From positions 416,001-480,000 of the forward strand of contig JBLWTJ010000002.1 of assembly GCA_048270185.1 (NCBI GenBank): 64,000 nucleotides of DNA. The letters run 5' to 3'. Origin of the DNA: Bacteriovoracaceae bacterium. Its GTDB lineage: Bacteria; Bdellovibrionota; Bacteriovoracia; Bacteriovoracales; Bacteriovoracaceae. Under the pieces are notes generated by a model. That model saw nothing but the letters and a program-made list of their open reading frames with translations, did no database searches and had not been told where the DNA came from. Below are positions 39,854-47,929 of the stretch, piece after piece; the first letter of the stretch is position 1; each line of letters begins with the position of its first letter. A program made the translations under genes and the position numbers.

Positions 39854-40486
39854 CTATTTTCGTCGTTTCTTACTTACGTGAAATTTATAATAATCTTCAT
39901 AGAACTTTTCATATTGTTTAAAAAACTCTTCATAATATTTACTATTACTTTCTGGTGTATATGGAGGAAGAGGAGGTAAAGGTGCTCGAGGAAAGCCATC
40001 AAAGGGGCCTCCTCCGTTCGGATCTATATAGTTATTAATTGTAATAAAATTATAAAGAATAGCTCCACCAAATATACTTATATTCATTAATAAGTGTATT
40101 GATGTTACCAAATACCCCAATTGATTTAATGAGAATATTTGTTCAACTGATCCTGCAACTGCAACTCCCACCGTAAATGAGAAAACATTTATGATTCTAT
40201 TTATTCCAGTCCCTAAAGAAATGTAGGAAGCTTTATTTTTTGCAATTTCCCCTAACAGAATTTCCCCAAAACCATAATAAAGAAAAAAGAATCCAATATT
40301 TATAGTCAACAAAAAGAGAATTGCTGTGCTAGGAGATATACGAAAATTACAAATCATACTGAGAGCTCTATCTTGAGATATATAACTTCTATTTTCATGA
40401 TATATGGTATTTAGATAGATCAAGATGAGTACCAAACAAGGAATAATTCCTAAGCAAATACCTAAAATTATGTAATGTAAGTTCAT
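39854..40486 (-). CDS. Hypothetical membrane protein with Pro-rich and Tyr-rich tail
   Basis: About 4 hydrophobic segments; GGAG RBS. Confidence 0.65.
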   Translation of the reverse strand: MNLHYIILGICLGIIPCLVLILIYLNTIYHENRSYISQDRALSMICNFRISPSTAILFLLTINIGFFFLYYGFGEILLGEIAKNKASYISLGTGINRIINVFSFTVGVAVAGSVEQIFSLNQLGYLVTSIHLLMNISIFGGAILYNFITINNYIDPNGGGPFDGFPRAPLPPLPPYTPESNSKYYEEFFKQYEKFYEDYYKFHVSKKRRK

Positions 40487-40630
40487 TTTTTCTCCAAAAT
40501 TTCTGTATAAATTTCAGAATAGGAAGGCACTTTAATCTAGCTCCTCTCTAAGTATAAACATTATCAATTAATAGCATTTATGAACATATTGATGTTAATC
40601 TAAATTTTAAAATCAATAAGTTATATAAGA

Positions 40631-40703
40631 ATATCCATAAAAATATCCATATATATCCAAAAAGAGTGGATATATGGATATATATGGATATAATTATGGA
40701 TAT
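40631..40703. repeat. 29-bp inverted repeat built from TATCCA/TGGATA units upstream of the fic-RT cassette
   Basis: 40631-40659 is the reverse complement of 40675-40703 at 27/29 positions. Confidence 0.9.
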
Positions 40704-40714
40704 AGAGGTAAAAA

Positions 40715-41764
40715 ATGGAAATATGGCAAAAGAATGTTCAAATCACACCCAAAATTCTCAAACTTATAGCTGAGATTGATGAATTTAAAGGCTCGTGGTC
40801 TGCACTTGGCCAGTTAGCTCCAGATAAGCTTATGAGCCTAAAGAAAGTGGCCACAATTGAATCTGTCGCTTCATCAACTAGGATCGAAGGTGTTAAATTA
40901 AGTGACTCAGAAGTAAAGGCTCTCTTGTCTGGTCTTGATGTGAATTCATTTAAAAGCCGTGATGAAGAAGAAGTCGCAGGTTATGCAGAAGCAATGAACC
41001 TTATCTTTGAAAGCAGTTCAGAACTTATCCCAAATGAAAATATTATCAAACAACTTCATCAAGAGTTACTAAAATTTAGCTCAAAAGACATTCGTCACAG
41101 AGGCGAATATAAAAAACTTAATAATCATGTTGAGGCATTTGCTCCGGACGGAAAAAGTCTCGGTATTATTTTTCAAACCTCAACTCCTCTTGAAACTCCT
41201 TACAAGATGGAATCTCTATCTGACTGGCTTTCTAAATCTACGAGTGAACCTGAAATACATATCTTAATTACCATAGCGATTTTCACAGTGAGTTTTTTGG
41301 CAATTCACCCCTTTCAAGATGGAAATGGAAGACTATCACGTGCACTCACGGCCCTCCTACTTCTAAGAGCAGGTTACGACTACACTCCCTATTCTTCTCT
41401 GGAAAGAGTCATAGAAGAAAATAAAGATTTATATTACTTGAAGCTTAGAGAAGCGCAAACTGAAAATGAAGAGAGTGCTGACGGGCTTATTAGCTGGATA
41501 ACTTTCTTTCTTGAATGTCTTGTTAAGCAGAAGAATTCTCTTAAGAGAAAGGTTGAGAAAGAAAAAATATTAAAATCTCTTCCAAAGCTTTCAGAGAAAA
41601 TTCTCATCCTATTAAAAGAACATGAAAAACTATCTGTTAGTGACATTGTTAAGCTTACAGGAGCTAATAGAAACACGGTCAAATCACACGTTTTTAGCCT
41701 TGTAGAAGACAATGAAATTCAAAAAGGTGGACAAGGTAAAGGGACTTACTATTTTTTAACCTAA
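40715..41764 (+). CDS. Fic family protein with C-terminal winged HTH
   Basis: Canonical HPFQDGNGRLSR, inhibitory motif SSTRIEG, C-terminal LSVSDIVKLTGANRNTVK...GKGTYY. Confidence 0.93.
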   Translation: MEIWQKNVQITPKILKLIAEIDEFKGSWSALGQLAPDKLMSLKKVATIESVASSTRIEGVKLSDSEVKALLSGLDVNSFKSRDEEEVAGYAEAMNLIFESSSELIPNENIIKQLHQELLKFSSKDIRHRGEYKKLNNHVEAFAPDGKSLGIIFQTSTPLETPYKMESLSDWLSKSTSEPEIHILITIAIFTVSFLAIHPFQDGNGRLSRALTALLLLRAGYDYTPYSSLERVIEENKDLYYLKLREAQTENEESADGLISWITFFLECLVKQKNSLKRKVEKEKILKSLPKLSEKILILLKEHEKLSVSDIVKLTGANRNTVKSHVFSLVEDNEIQKGGQGKGTYYFLT

Positions 41765-41788
41765 AATGTATCCACATAGGAGAATTAA

Positions 41789-43534
41789 ATGAGCTTTAGA
41801 GTAAAGCCAAATCGTCTTAAGTCTTTAATCACAAGAGGTTTTTTTCCAAAAGAAATACCATGCTGTTTTAGGCCAACAAACTTTTCAGATATTGTAGATC
41901 TATCTCCGGATGAACTAAATCAAAATAAACGTCAATCAGCAAAACTCATTTCACACAATGTAACACGATTTGGTTCATTTACTAGAAAACTAGGAATACC
42001 AAATCCTATCACATTTTATCGTTTATCATCTTTAATATCTGAGCATTTTAATGAAATCCTTCCTCTAACTATAAAATCTAGCTACGGAGTAACTTTTCCA
42101 AAATCATCAACCACTGGAAGAGCTTTCGTCTGGGAATCAGATTGGCAAGAATGGAAAGAAGAAAAGATAAAAAGACAAGCAGGGTATAAATATGCTCTCA
42201 AAACAGATATTTCTAACTTTTATCCCAGTATATACACTCATATAATCCCTTGGGTTCTTCATGGAAAAAAACATTCAAAATCTAATAAAAGAGATAAAAC
42301 ATTACTTGGTAATAGAATAGATTCTTCAATTGGCTTTTCACAAGATAATCAAACACAAGGGTTACCAATTGGTCCAGACACATCATTTCTCATATCCGAA
42401 TTGATTCTAAACAAAATAGACACTACAATAAAAAAGCAACTCAAAAGTGCAAAAATTAAACATAGTGCTATTCGATTTGTAGATGACTGTGAATTTTATT
42501 TTCTCAATAATGACGATGCAAATAAAGCGTTAAACATCATTTCAAGAGTATATTCTAATTTTGAATTAGCACTAAGTCCTCACAAGACTGAAATATACAA
42601 ACTCCCTTTAGAATTTGAAAAAAAATGGGTGTCACAAATAAGAAGCTATCCTAGCCCCATTGCGACAAAAAAGTCCCAAAAGAGTAAACGTCAACTAATC
42701 ATTGACTACTTTGACTTTATCATAGAGCTCCAAAGAGAGAATCCTCACGAACAGGTAATTTCATATGCGATGGCCAGAATTGAAAAAGAGTTTTATCTAC
42801 TTGATGATGAACTGTTATTTTTCTCATTACTCATAAATTTAATCCCATTAGATACGAGTATATTAAAGTGGATAATTCATTTTCTTAATCTTGACTCAAA
42901 ACTACTAGAATCAAATATGCTACAAAATCTATTTCAAGAAGTTATTCCTAGAATTGCTCTTGATTGTAGCGAACATGGAAAGCACAATGATACACTTTGG
43001 GCATTAATTATTTCATATATATTTGATATTTCCTTCTCAAAAAAAATGAGCAATGAAATTTATAAACTAGGAAACTCTTTTGTAAAGATTCTTTGTCTCG
43101 ACTTAACTCTTGTTAGCCTAATGAAAATTGAAAAATCACTGTCTCCAAAAGAAGATGATTTCTTTGAAGAAGACTGGCTTCTTTTTTACACAGTATTTAC
43201 TAACGATGAATTCATTAATTTTAGATCTAACAAAAGTAACGGTATCAAAAAAAATATCTTTTTCAAGATGTTAAAAAATAATAATGTCTCTTTCTATGAG
43301 CCCTTTCCTTCCGATGACTCTATAGAGGCTATTCAGGAATATGTAGCAAAGCTATGTGACAAAATTGAAAGCACAGAGTACAAAATTGAAATTGATGGTG
43401 ACTTCTATGACCCAGAAGACCCACATCTAAGCCAATGTCTCCGATGTGGAGCATTCTTCACCCCTTCTGAACAAGAACAAATTTGTAATTCATGCTGGGA
43501 TGATATAACTCATGAAGACGACATTCCATTTTAA
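41789..43534 (+). CDS. Abi-type (AbiK/Abi-P2/UG class 1-like) reverse transcriptase with C-terminal zinc ribbon and DDIPF tail
   Basis: RKLGIPNP, DISNFYPSIYTHIIPW, GLPIGPDTS, RFVDD, helical C-terminal region, CLRC-x12-CNSC, ends EDDIPF. Confidence 0.9.
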   Translation: MSFRVKPNRLKSLITRGFFPKEIPCCFRPTNFSDIVDLSPDELNQNKRQSAKLISHNVTRFGSFTRKLGIPNPITFYRLSSLISEHFNEILPLTIKSSYGVTFPKSSTTGRAFVWESDWQEWKEEKIKRQAGYKYALKTDISNFYPSIYTHIIPWVLHGKKHSKSNKRDKTLLGNRIDSSIGFSQDNQTQGLPIGPDTSFLISELILNKIDTTIKKQLKSAKIKHSAIRFVDDCEFYFLNNDDANKALNIISRVYSNFELALSPHKTEIYKLPLEFEKKWVSQIRSYPSPIATKKSQKSKRQLIIDYFDFIIELQRENPHEQVISYAMARIEKEFYLLDDELLFFSLLINLIPLDTSILKWIIHFLNLDSKLLESNMLQNLFQEVIPRIALDCSEHGKHNDTLWALIISYIFDISFSKKMSNEIYKLGNSFVKILCLDLTLVSLMKIEKSLSPKEDDFFEEDWLLFYTVFTNDEFINFRSNKSNGIKKNIFFKMLKNNNVSFYEPFPSDDSIEAIQEYVAKLCDKIESTEYKIEIDGDFYDPEDPHLSQCLRCGAFFTPSEQEQICNSCWDDITHEDDIPF

Positions 43535-43558
43535 AGGAATTTATATATTGGAGAAAAT

Positions 43559-44317
43559 ATGGGCCACTACGATACACAACAAGTTTGTTTAAACGGACAC
43601 CAAATTACAGATTCAGTAAAAAAACACCCTAATGGGAAAAAGGACTTTTGCAATACATGCGGAGCAAAAACAATTACGACATGCCAAAACTGTGGTGCTG
43701 AAATAAAAGGGCATTACTATACTCCAGGTATTGTAAGTATGTTTTCTGCAAGTATTCCAAGTAACTGTGACAGCTGCGGAGCTGAACACCCATGGACTAC
43801 TGCCAGTAAATCAAATGCAACAAAAGCAGCATCTTCAGAAGCTCCATCAATAAATGATTCTATTGAGTTAATAAAATTAATTAGTCAAAGGTTTCATATG
43901 TTTGCAAGACAAATGCAAAATAGGCATTCTAATCGCTCAACTCTAGAATTTAATGATGAATATGATGTGCAAGATGCTTTCCATGCAATTCTTAAATTAC
44001 ATTTTGATGATGTTCGAGCAGAAGAGTATGTCCCAAGTTATGCTGGATCCTCTTCACGTATCGACTTTTTAATACACGATGAAGAAATTGCAATTGAAAT
44101 TAAAAAAACAAGAAATGGACTAAAAGACAAAGAGGCTGGTGAACAGATTGCCATTGATATACAAAGATACGAGACTCACCCGAAGTGCAAAAAACTTATT
44201 TGTTTTATCTATGATCCTGAAGGTAGAATTGGGAATCCAACAGGAATTGAAAGAGATTTAACAAAAAAGGTAAATGAATTACAAGTTATTACAATAGTTG
44301 CACCAAAAGGGCACTAA
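43559..44317 (+). CDS. Zinc-ribbon (DUF2321-like) fused to a DpnII/MboI-like restriction endonuclease domain
   Basis: CLNGH, CNTCG, CQNCG, CDSCG...PWT, then EYDVQD...EE..PSYAG...RIDFL...IEIK. Confidence 0.8.
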   Translation: MGHYDTQQVCLNGHQITDSVKKHPNGKKDFCNTCGAKTITTCQNCGAEIKGHYYTPGIVSMFSASIPSNCDSCGAEHPWTTASKSNATKAASSEAPSINDSIELIKLISQRFHMFARQMQNRHSNRSTLEFNDEYDVQDAFHAILKLHFDDVRAEEYVPSYAGSSSRIDFLIHDEEIAIEIKKTRNGLKDKEAGEQIAIDIQRYETHPKCKKLICFIYDPEGRIGNPTGIERDLTKKVNELQVITIVAPKGH

Positions 44318-44341
44318 GTTTCGCGTTTATAAGGGAGTTCT

Positions 44342-45358
44342 ATGCAGGAACATTTTGGATATTTTCCCAAGAAGAACTGGGAGGAACTATCAAATGAACA
44401 ACAAGAGTACTTCTATTCACTTTCAGAAGAAGAGTTGATTTCTCGTTGGAAGACTGAGGACGGATATAAAATACTCGAAGAAATCTTATCTCTAAATAAA
44501 AAGATGAACCTTTCTGGCAAACCATATGAAAGACCAGACTATAGTAAAATTACTGGTACAGTTAAAAGTGACTTGTCAAAAAAACCTCCAAAGTTTGATT
44601 TGAGAGGTATAAATCTTCAAGAATACAAAGCTTCAACAATTGATGAGATTGTTCCACATAACTTTTCATTCTGTGACCTTAGATATTCAAACTTTAAAAA
44701 TGGCAATTATAGTAACTCACATTTTAATAATTCCGATATATTATATAGCGATTTTTCTGGTTCAATATTAGATGAATGTAATTTCTCAAAATCAAACCTA
44801 ACATTGAGTGATTTCAGTTACACAAACCTAGACCATGCAAACTTTAGTAATAGCTGGATAACTAGCCTGAGATTAAAAAAAGCCTCTCTCTCATATGTTA
44901 AGTTTTCTAACGATACAAAGTTTTATGACATAGATATTAGTGAAATCTCAGGAAATGCAAACCCTTTCTTCACTTCACATGTACGTAGAACACTATATCT
45001 GAACAACTTCAGAGAGCAGAGTTCTACAAACAACCTGTTATATCACGCATGGAAAATCACAAGTAATTGTGGAGAAAGTTTCTTTCGATGGTACATAACA
45101 GCATCATGTATTATAGCCCTTTTTGGTTTTATATTCTCCTTGATGCCTGAAGTATTACATAGCGGAACAACTAAAGAGTTAACACCATTCACTTTTTATT
45201 ACTTTAGCACAGTCACCTTCACAACTCTTGGCTTTGGAGATATCACCCCCGTTGGTTTAGTAGGAGAAGCTCTTGTAACAATTGAAGTTATTTTAGGATA
45301 CATAATGCTAGGTGGATTAATTAGTATATTTTCAAACAAATTCATTGCAAAAGATTAA
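44342..45358 (+). CDS. Pentapeptide-repeat protein fused to a two-TM potassium-channel-like (Ion_trans_2) domain
   Basis: (S/C)(D/N)(F/L)Sx pentapeptide run; YFSTVTFTTLGFGDITP pore motif flanked by TM helices. Confidence 0.88.
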   Translation: MQEHFGYFPKKNWEELSNEQQEYFYSLSEEELISRWKTEDGYKILEEILSLNKKMNLSGKPYERPDYSKITGTVKSDLSKKPPKFDLRGINLQEYKASTIDEIVPHNFSFCDLRYSNFKNGNYSNSHFNNSDILYSDFSGSILDECNFSKSNLTLSDFSYTNLDHANFSNSWITSLRLKKASLSYVKFSNDTKFYDIDISEISGNANPFFTSHVRRTLYLNNFREQSSTNNLLYHAWKITSNCGESFFRWYITASCIIALFGFIFSLMPEVLHSGTTKELTPFTFYYFSTVTFTTLGFGDITPVGLVGEALVTIEVILGYIMLGGLISIFSNKFIAKD

Positions 45359-45492
45359 TATTGCTCGTTTTTGCTCGTCGATAGCCATGAATTAAGATGA
45401 AAAATGATGAAAAGTCCCGAGAAAGAAAAAGGCAAGCCTTTGAAATCGCTCGTAACGCCTTAGAATGATTGATTAAATTTACACGATTGGAT

Positions 45493-45518
45493 ATCCCCTT
45501 GGGAGTACCAGTTTTATA
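45493..45518 (+). repeat. att copy 3 (right island boundary)
   Basis: ATCCCCTTGGGAGTACCAGTTTTATA, identical to 33401-33426. Confidence 0.93.
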
Positions 45519-45520
45519 TT

Positions 45521-45544
45521 AGGCCAGTCTTTGACTGGCCTTTT
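45521..45544 (+). terminator. Intrinsic terminator, probably the original tRNA-operon terminator displaced by integration
   Basis: AGGCCAGTC-ttt-GACTGGCCT followed by Ts, directly after att copy 3. Confidence 0.75.
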
Positions 45545-45565
45545 ATATTTTTGGAGGCAGCAATT

Positions 45566-45750
45566 GCCACGATGGCAAATTGATGCCGAACAACGCCGAC
45601 CGACCAGTATGGGAGGTCAGGTGAATCAACTAAGCAAAATAGCCTCACCTACTTTTACTGACAATAATTCAAACAGAAGCGCCACGATGGCAAATTGATG
45701 CCGAACAACGCCGACCGACCACTATGGGAGGTCAGGTGAATCAACTAAGC
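45566..45750. repeat. Two direct 70-bp REP-like repeats
   Basis: 45566-45635 and 45681-45750 differ at one position; 45-bp spacer. Confidence 0.9.
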
Positions 45751-45830
45751 TATTCCACCCTTCCCCCATTCGTACAAAATCAATTTCTAGCTTACAATAT
45801 TACTTTATCCCTTTAATAAATGAGAAAGTA

Positions 45831-46958
45831 TTGAGCTTAGACTTCTATAATAAACTTCCAATTATCAGCGAATTCACACAAATGGCGGACTTGAGCTTCT
45901 ATCAAGACCTACCGGATGATTGGATTATTATTGTTACAGATGTCATCGATTCAACCAAGGCCGTCGCGGCCGGAAAGTATAAAGATGTTAATACCATTGG
46001 GGCCGCAACGATTTCATGTGTGCAGGCCAAGCTTAAAACGCTTGGTTTTCCCTTTGTCTTTGGAGGCGATGGTGCAACTCTTGTGCTACCAACGAATCTC
46101 TATGAAGAAGTTAAAAGCGATCTAGTGGCCCTAATGAAAATCTCACAAGATAAGTTTGGGCTTAGTATGCGTGTTGGGGCCATTTCAAATAAAGAGCTTC
46201 TTGATAAAGGTATTAAAACAAAAGTCTCGCGTTATCAAATCAATCCCAAGCAGGCCATTGCCGTCTTTAGTGGAGGCGGACTTAAGCTTGCGGATAAAAT
46301 TATAAAAGATGAATACGATAAGTATCAACTGACGGCTTCTCAGGATACAAATTCCGACCTGAGTAATCTCTCATGTCGCTGGAACCCTATTCCAAGTAAA
46401 TTTGGAAAGATTCTAACTTTGCTTATTGAATCAAAATCTCAAGATGAGAATTATTATAATGAGATTCTAACCAATCTGGATCAAATTCTTGAAGGACAAG
46501 TTTTAAATCGAGGACCGATGAACTTGGATAAGATGACGTATAAGGGATTCTTTCAACTATTATTTGAAGAGTCTCGCCTATCCCTATCACTGGATCGTTT
46601 GAAGAGTATCTTCTTTTCAATAGTTTTATTCAAGTGGGGCAAATACAAAGACTATCCAAATGTGGAAAATTACCGCAAGCAGATGGGGCTTCACAGTGAT
46701 TATAAGAAATTTGATGACATGATTAGACTGGTTCTCGACTGTGGCCCAGAACAAGTTAATAAGATCGAAAAATATCTTAAGGATGAATATCAAAAGGGTC
46801 ACTTAATCTACGGAACTCATCTTTCTAACACAGCTCTTATGACTTGCTTAGTGGAAACAATTGAAGATGGAGATCATATTCACTTTATAGATGGTGGTGA
46901 TGGTGGTTACACAGCAGCTTCAATTCAATTAAAAGAGCAGGCCTTACTGCGAGAGTGA
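45831..46958 (+). CDS. DUF3095-like protein (nucleotide cyclase-like fold)
   Basis: LPDDW.I.VTDV..ST.A...GKYKDVN, PFVFGGDGA, LSCRW, HIHFIDG.DGGY..A. Confidence 0.8.
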   Translation: MSLDFYNKLPIISEFTQMADLSFYQDLPDDWIIIVTDVIDSTKAVAAGKYKDVNTIGAATISCVQAKLKTLGFPFVFGGDGATLVLPTNLYEEVKSDLVALMKISQDKFGLSMRVGAISNKELLDKGIKTKVSRYQINPKQAIAVFSGGGLKLADKIIKDEYDKYQLTASQDTNSDLSNLSCRWNPIPSKFGKILTLLIESKSQDENYYNEILTNLDQILEGQVLNRGPMNLDKMTYKGFFQLLFEESRLSLSLDRLKSIFFSIVLFKWGKYKDYPNVENYRKQMGLHSDYKKFDDMIRLVLDCGPEQVNKIEKYLKDEYQKGHLIYGTHLSNTALMTCLVETIEDGDHIHFIDGGDGGYTAASIQLKEQALLRE

Positions 46959-47753
46959 TATCGCTTCTTCGACAACATTGCCTTTAAAACCTCGACGTTC
47001 AATATAGCGTCTAAAGAAGCCTGAGGCCTTAGCGATGAGGGTTTGTCTTTTTGGAATAACGATCTGTTCAGAACGTTGCTCAATTCCTTGAATGATCTCG
47101 CGAACAACTTCATCAATTGAGATCATCTTCCAAGGTCCTGATTGATTTCCACCCCATAACTTTTCACCGACTGGATCACTTGTTACTCCATCCATTAAAG
47201 GGGACGCAAAGAATGTAGGATGGAAGCTTCCTACATCGACACCTAAGTGCTTAACTTCAAGGCGAATACTATTACAGATGGCGTGAAGACCGGCTTTACT
47301 TGCTGCATATGAAGCTTGCAATGGACAGTGAACAAATGAGGCCATGGAACAGATAGCGGCCATGTAACCTTCGCTAAGGGCAATATAAGGAAGGGCCGCT
47401 TTAAAAGTTCTCCAGGAACCGTTTAAGTTAATATCAATAACTCGTGAAAAGTCTTCTTCATTAGTTGTCATCATTGGGGCCACTTGTGTAATACCTGCAT
47501 TGGCAATGACGATATCGATGCAACCATAGTGAGAATTAATCTCTTTCATCGCAACTTCAAGGGAAGAGTAATCTCTTACATCGGCACTGAAGCCAACTGC
47601 ATCTAAATCTCTGGCCAACTCATTAACCTGTGTTAAGTCGAGATCAATAAGAGCAAGCTTGGCGCCACGTTTAACTAACTCATAAGATAGAGCACGCCCT
47701 AAGCCTCCAGTGGAGCCAGTAATGGCAATCACTTTATCTTTTACTTCTCTCAT
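46944..47753 (-). CDS. Short-chain dehydrogenase/reductase
   Basis: TGSTGGLG, ANAG, YAASK. Confidence 0.92.
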   Translation of the reverse strand: MREVKDKVIAITGSTGGLGRALSYELVKRGAKLALIDLDLTQVNELARDLDAVGFSADVRDYSSLEVAMKEINSHYGCIDIVIANAGITQVAPMMTTNEEDFSRVIDINLNGSWRTFKAALPYIALSEGYMAAICSMASFVHCPLQASYAASKAGLHAICNSIRLEVKHLGVDVGSFHPTFFASPLMDGVTSDPVGEKLWGGNQSGPWKMISIDEVVREIIQGIEQRSEQIVIPKRQTLIAKASGFFRRYIERRGFKGNVVEEAISLSQ

Positions 47754-47929
47754 AAATTCTCCCGATATCGCTTTGGTATAGCACAAGTAAATCTATCGAA
47801 TTGAGTCTTTGTAATAATTCCATCTTCCAAAGAAGGCTAAATAGCGAATTTCACGAGATATTAGTCAATCTAAACAAGCAAAAATGCCCCCTAATCAATT
47901 GTTTAAATTTAAAATGATATAATTAATTG

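Larger units (their letters stand above)
33401..45518. mobile_element. Tandem genomic island integrated at tRNA-Glu (module 1 about 33.4-37.0 kb; module 2 about 37.0-45.5 kb)
   Basis: Three direct copies of the tRNA 3' end, a tyrosine integrase next to the middle copy, and visibly AT-rich defence-like cargo. Confidence 0.92.

Noticed and set aside
41765..43558. Retron, group II intron or DGR interpretation of the RT
   Set aside because: The flanking gaps are only 24 nt, no VTG retron motif or maturase domain is seen, no TR/VR pair is seen, and the motifs are Abi-type.
37098..45518. Prophage
   Set aside because: No structural, terminase, lysis or primase genes; too small.
45566..45750. Mini CRISPR array
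   Set aside because: Only two 70-bp units, too long for CRISPR repeats, and no cas genes.
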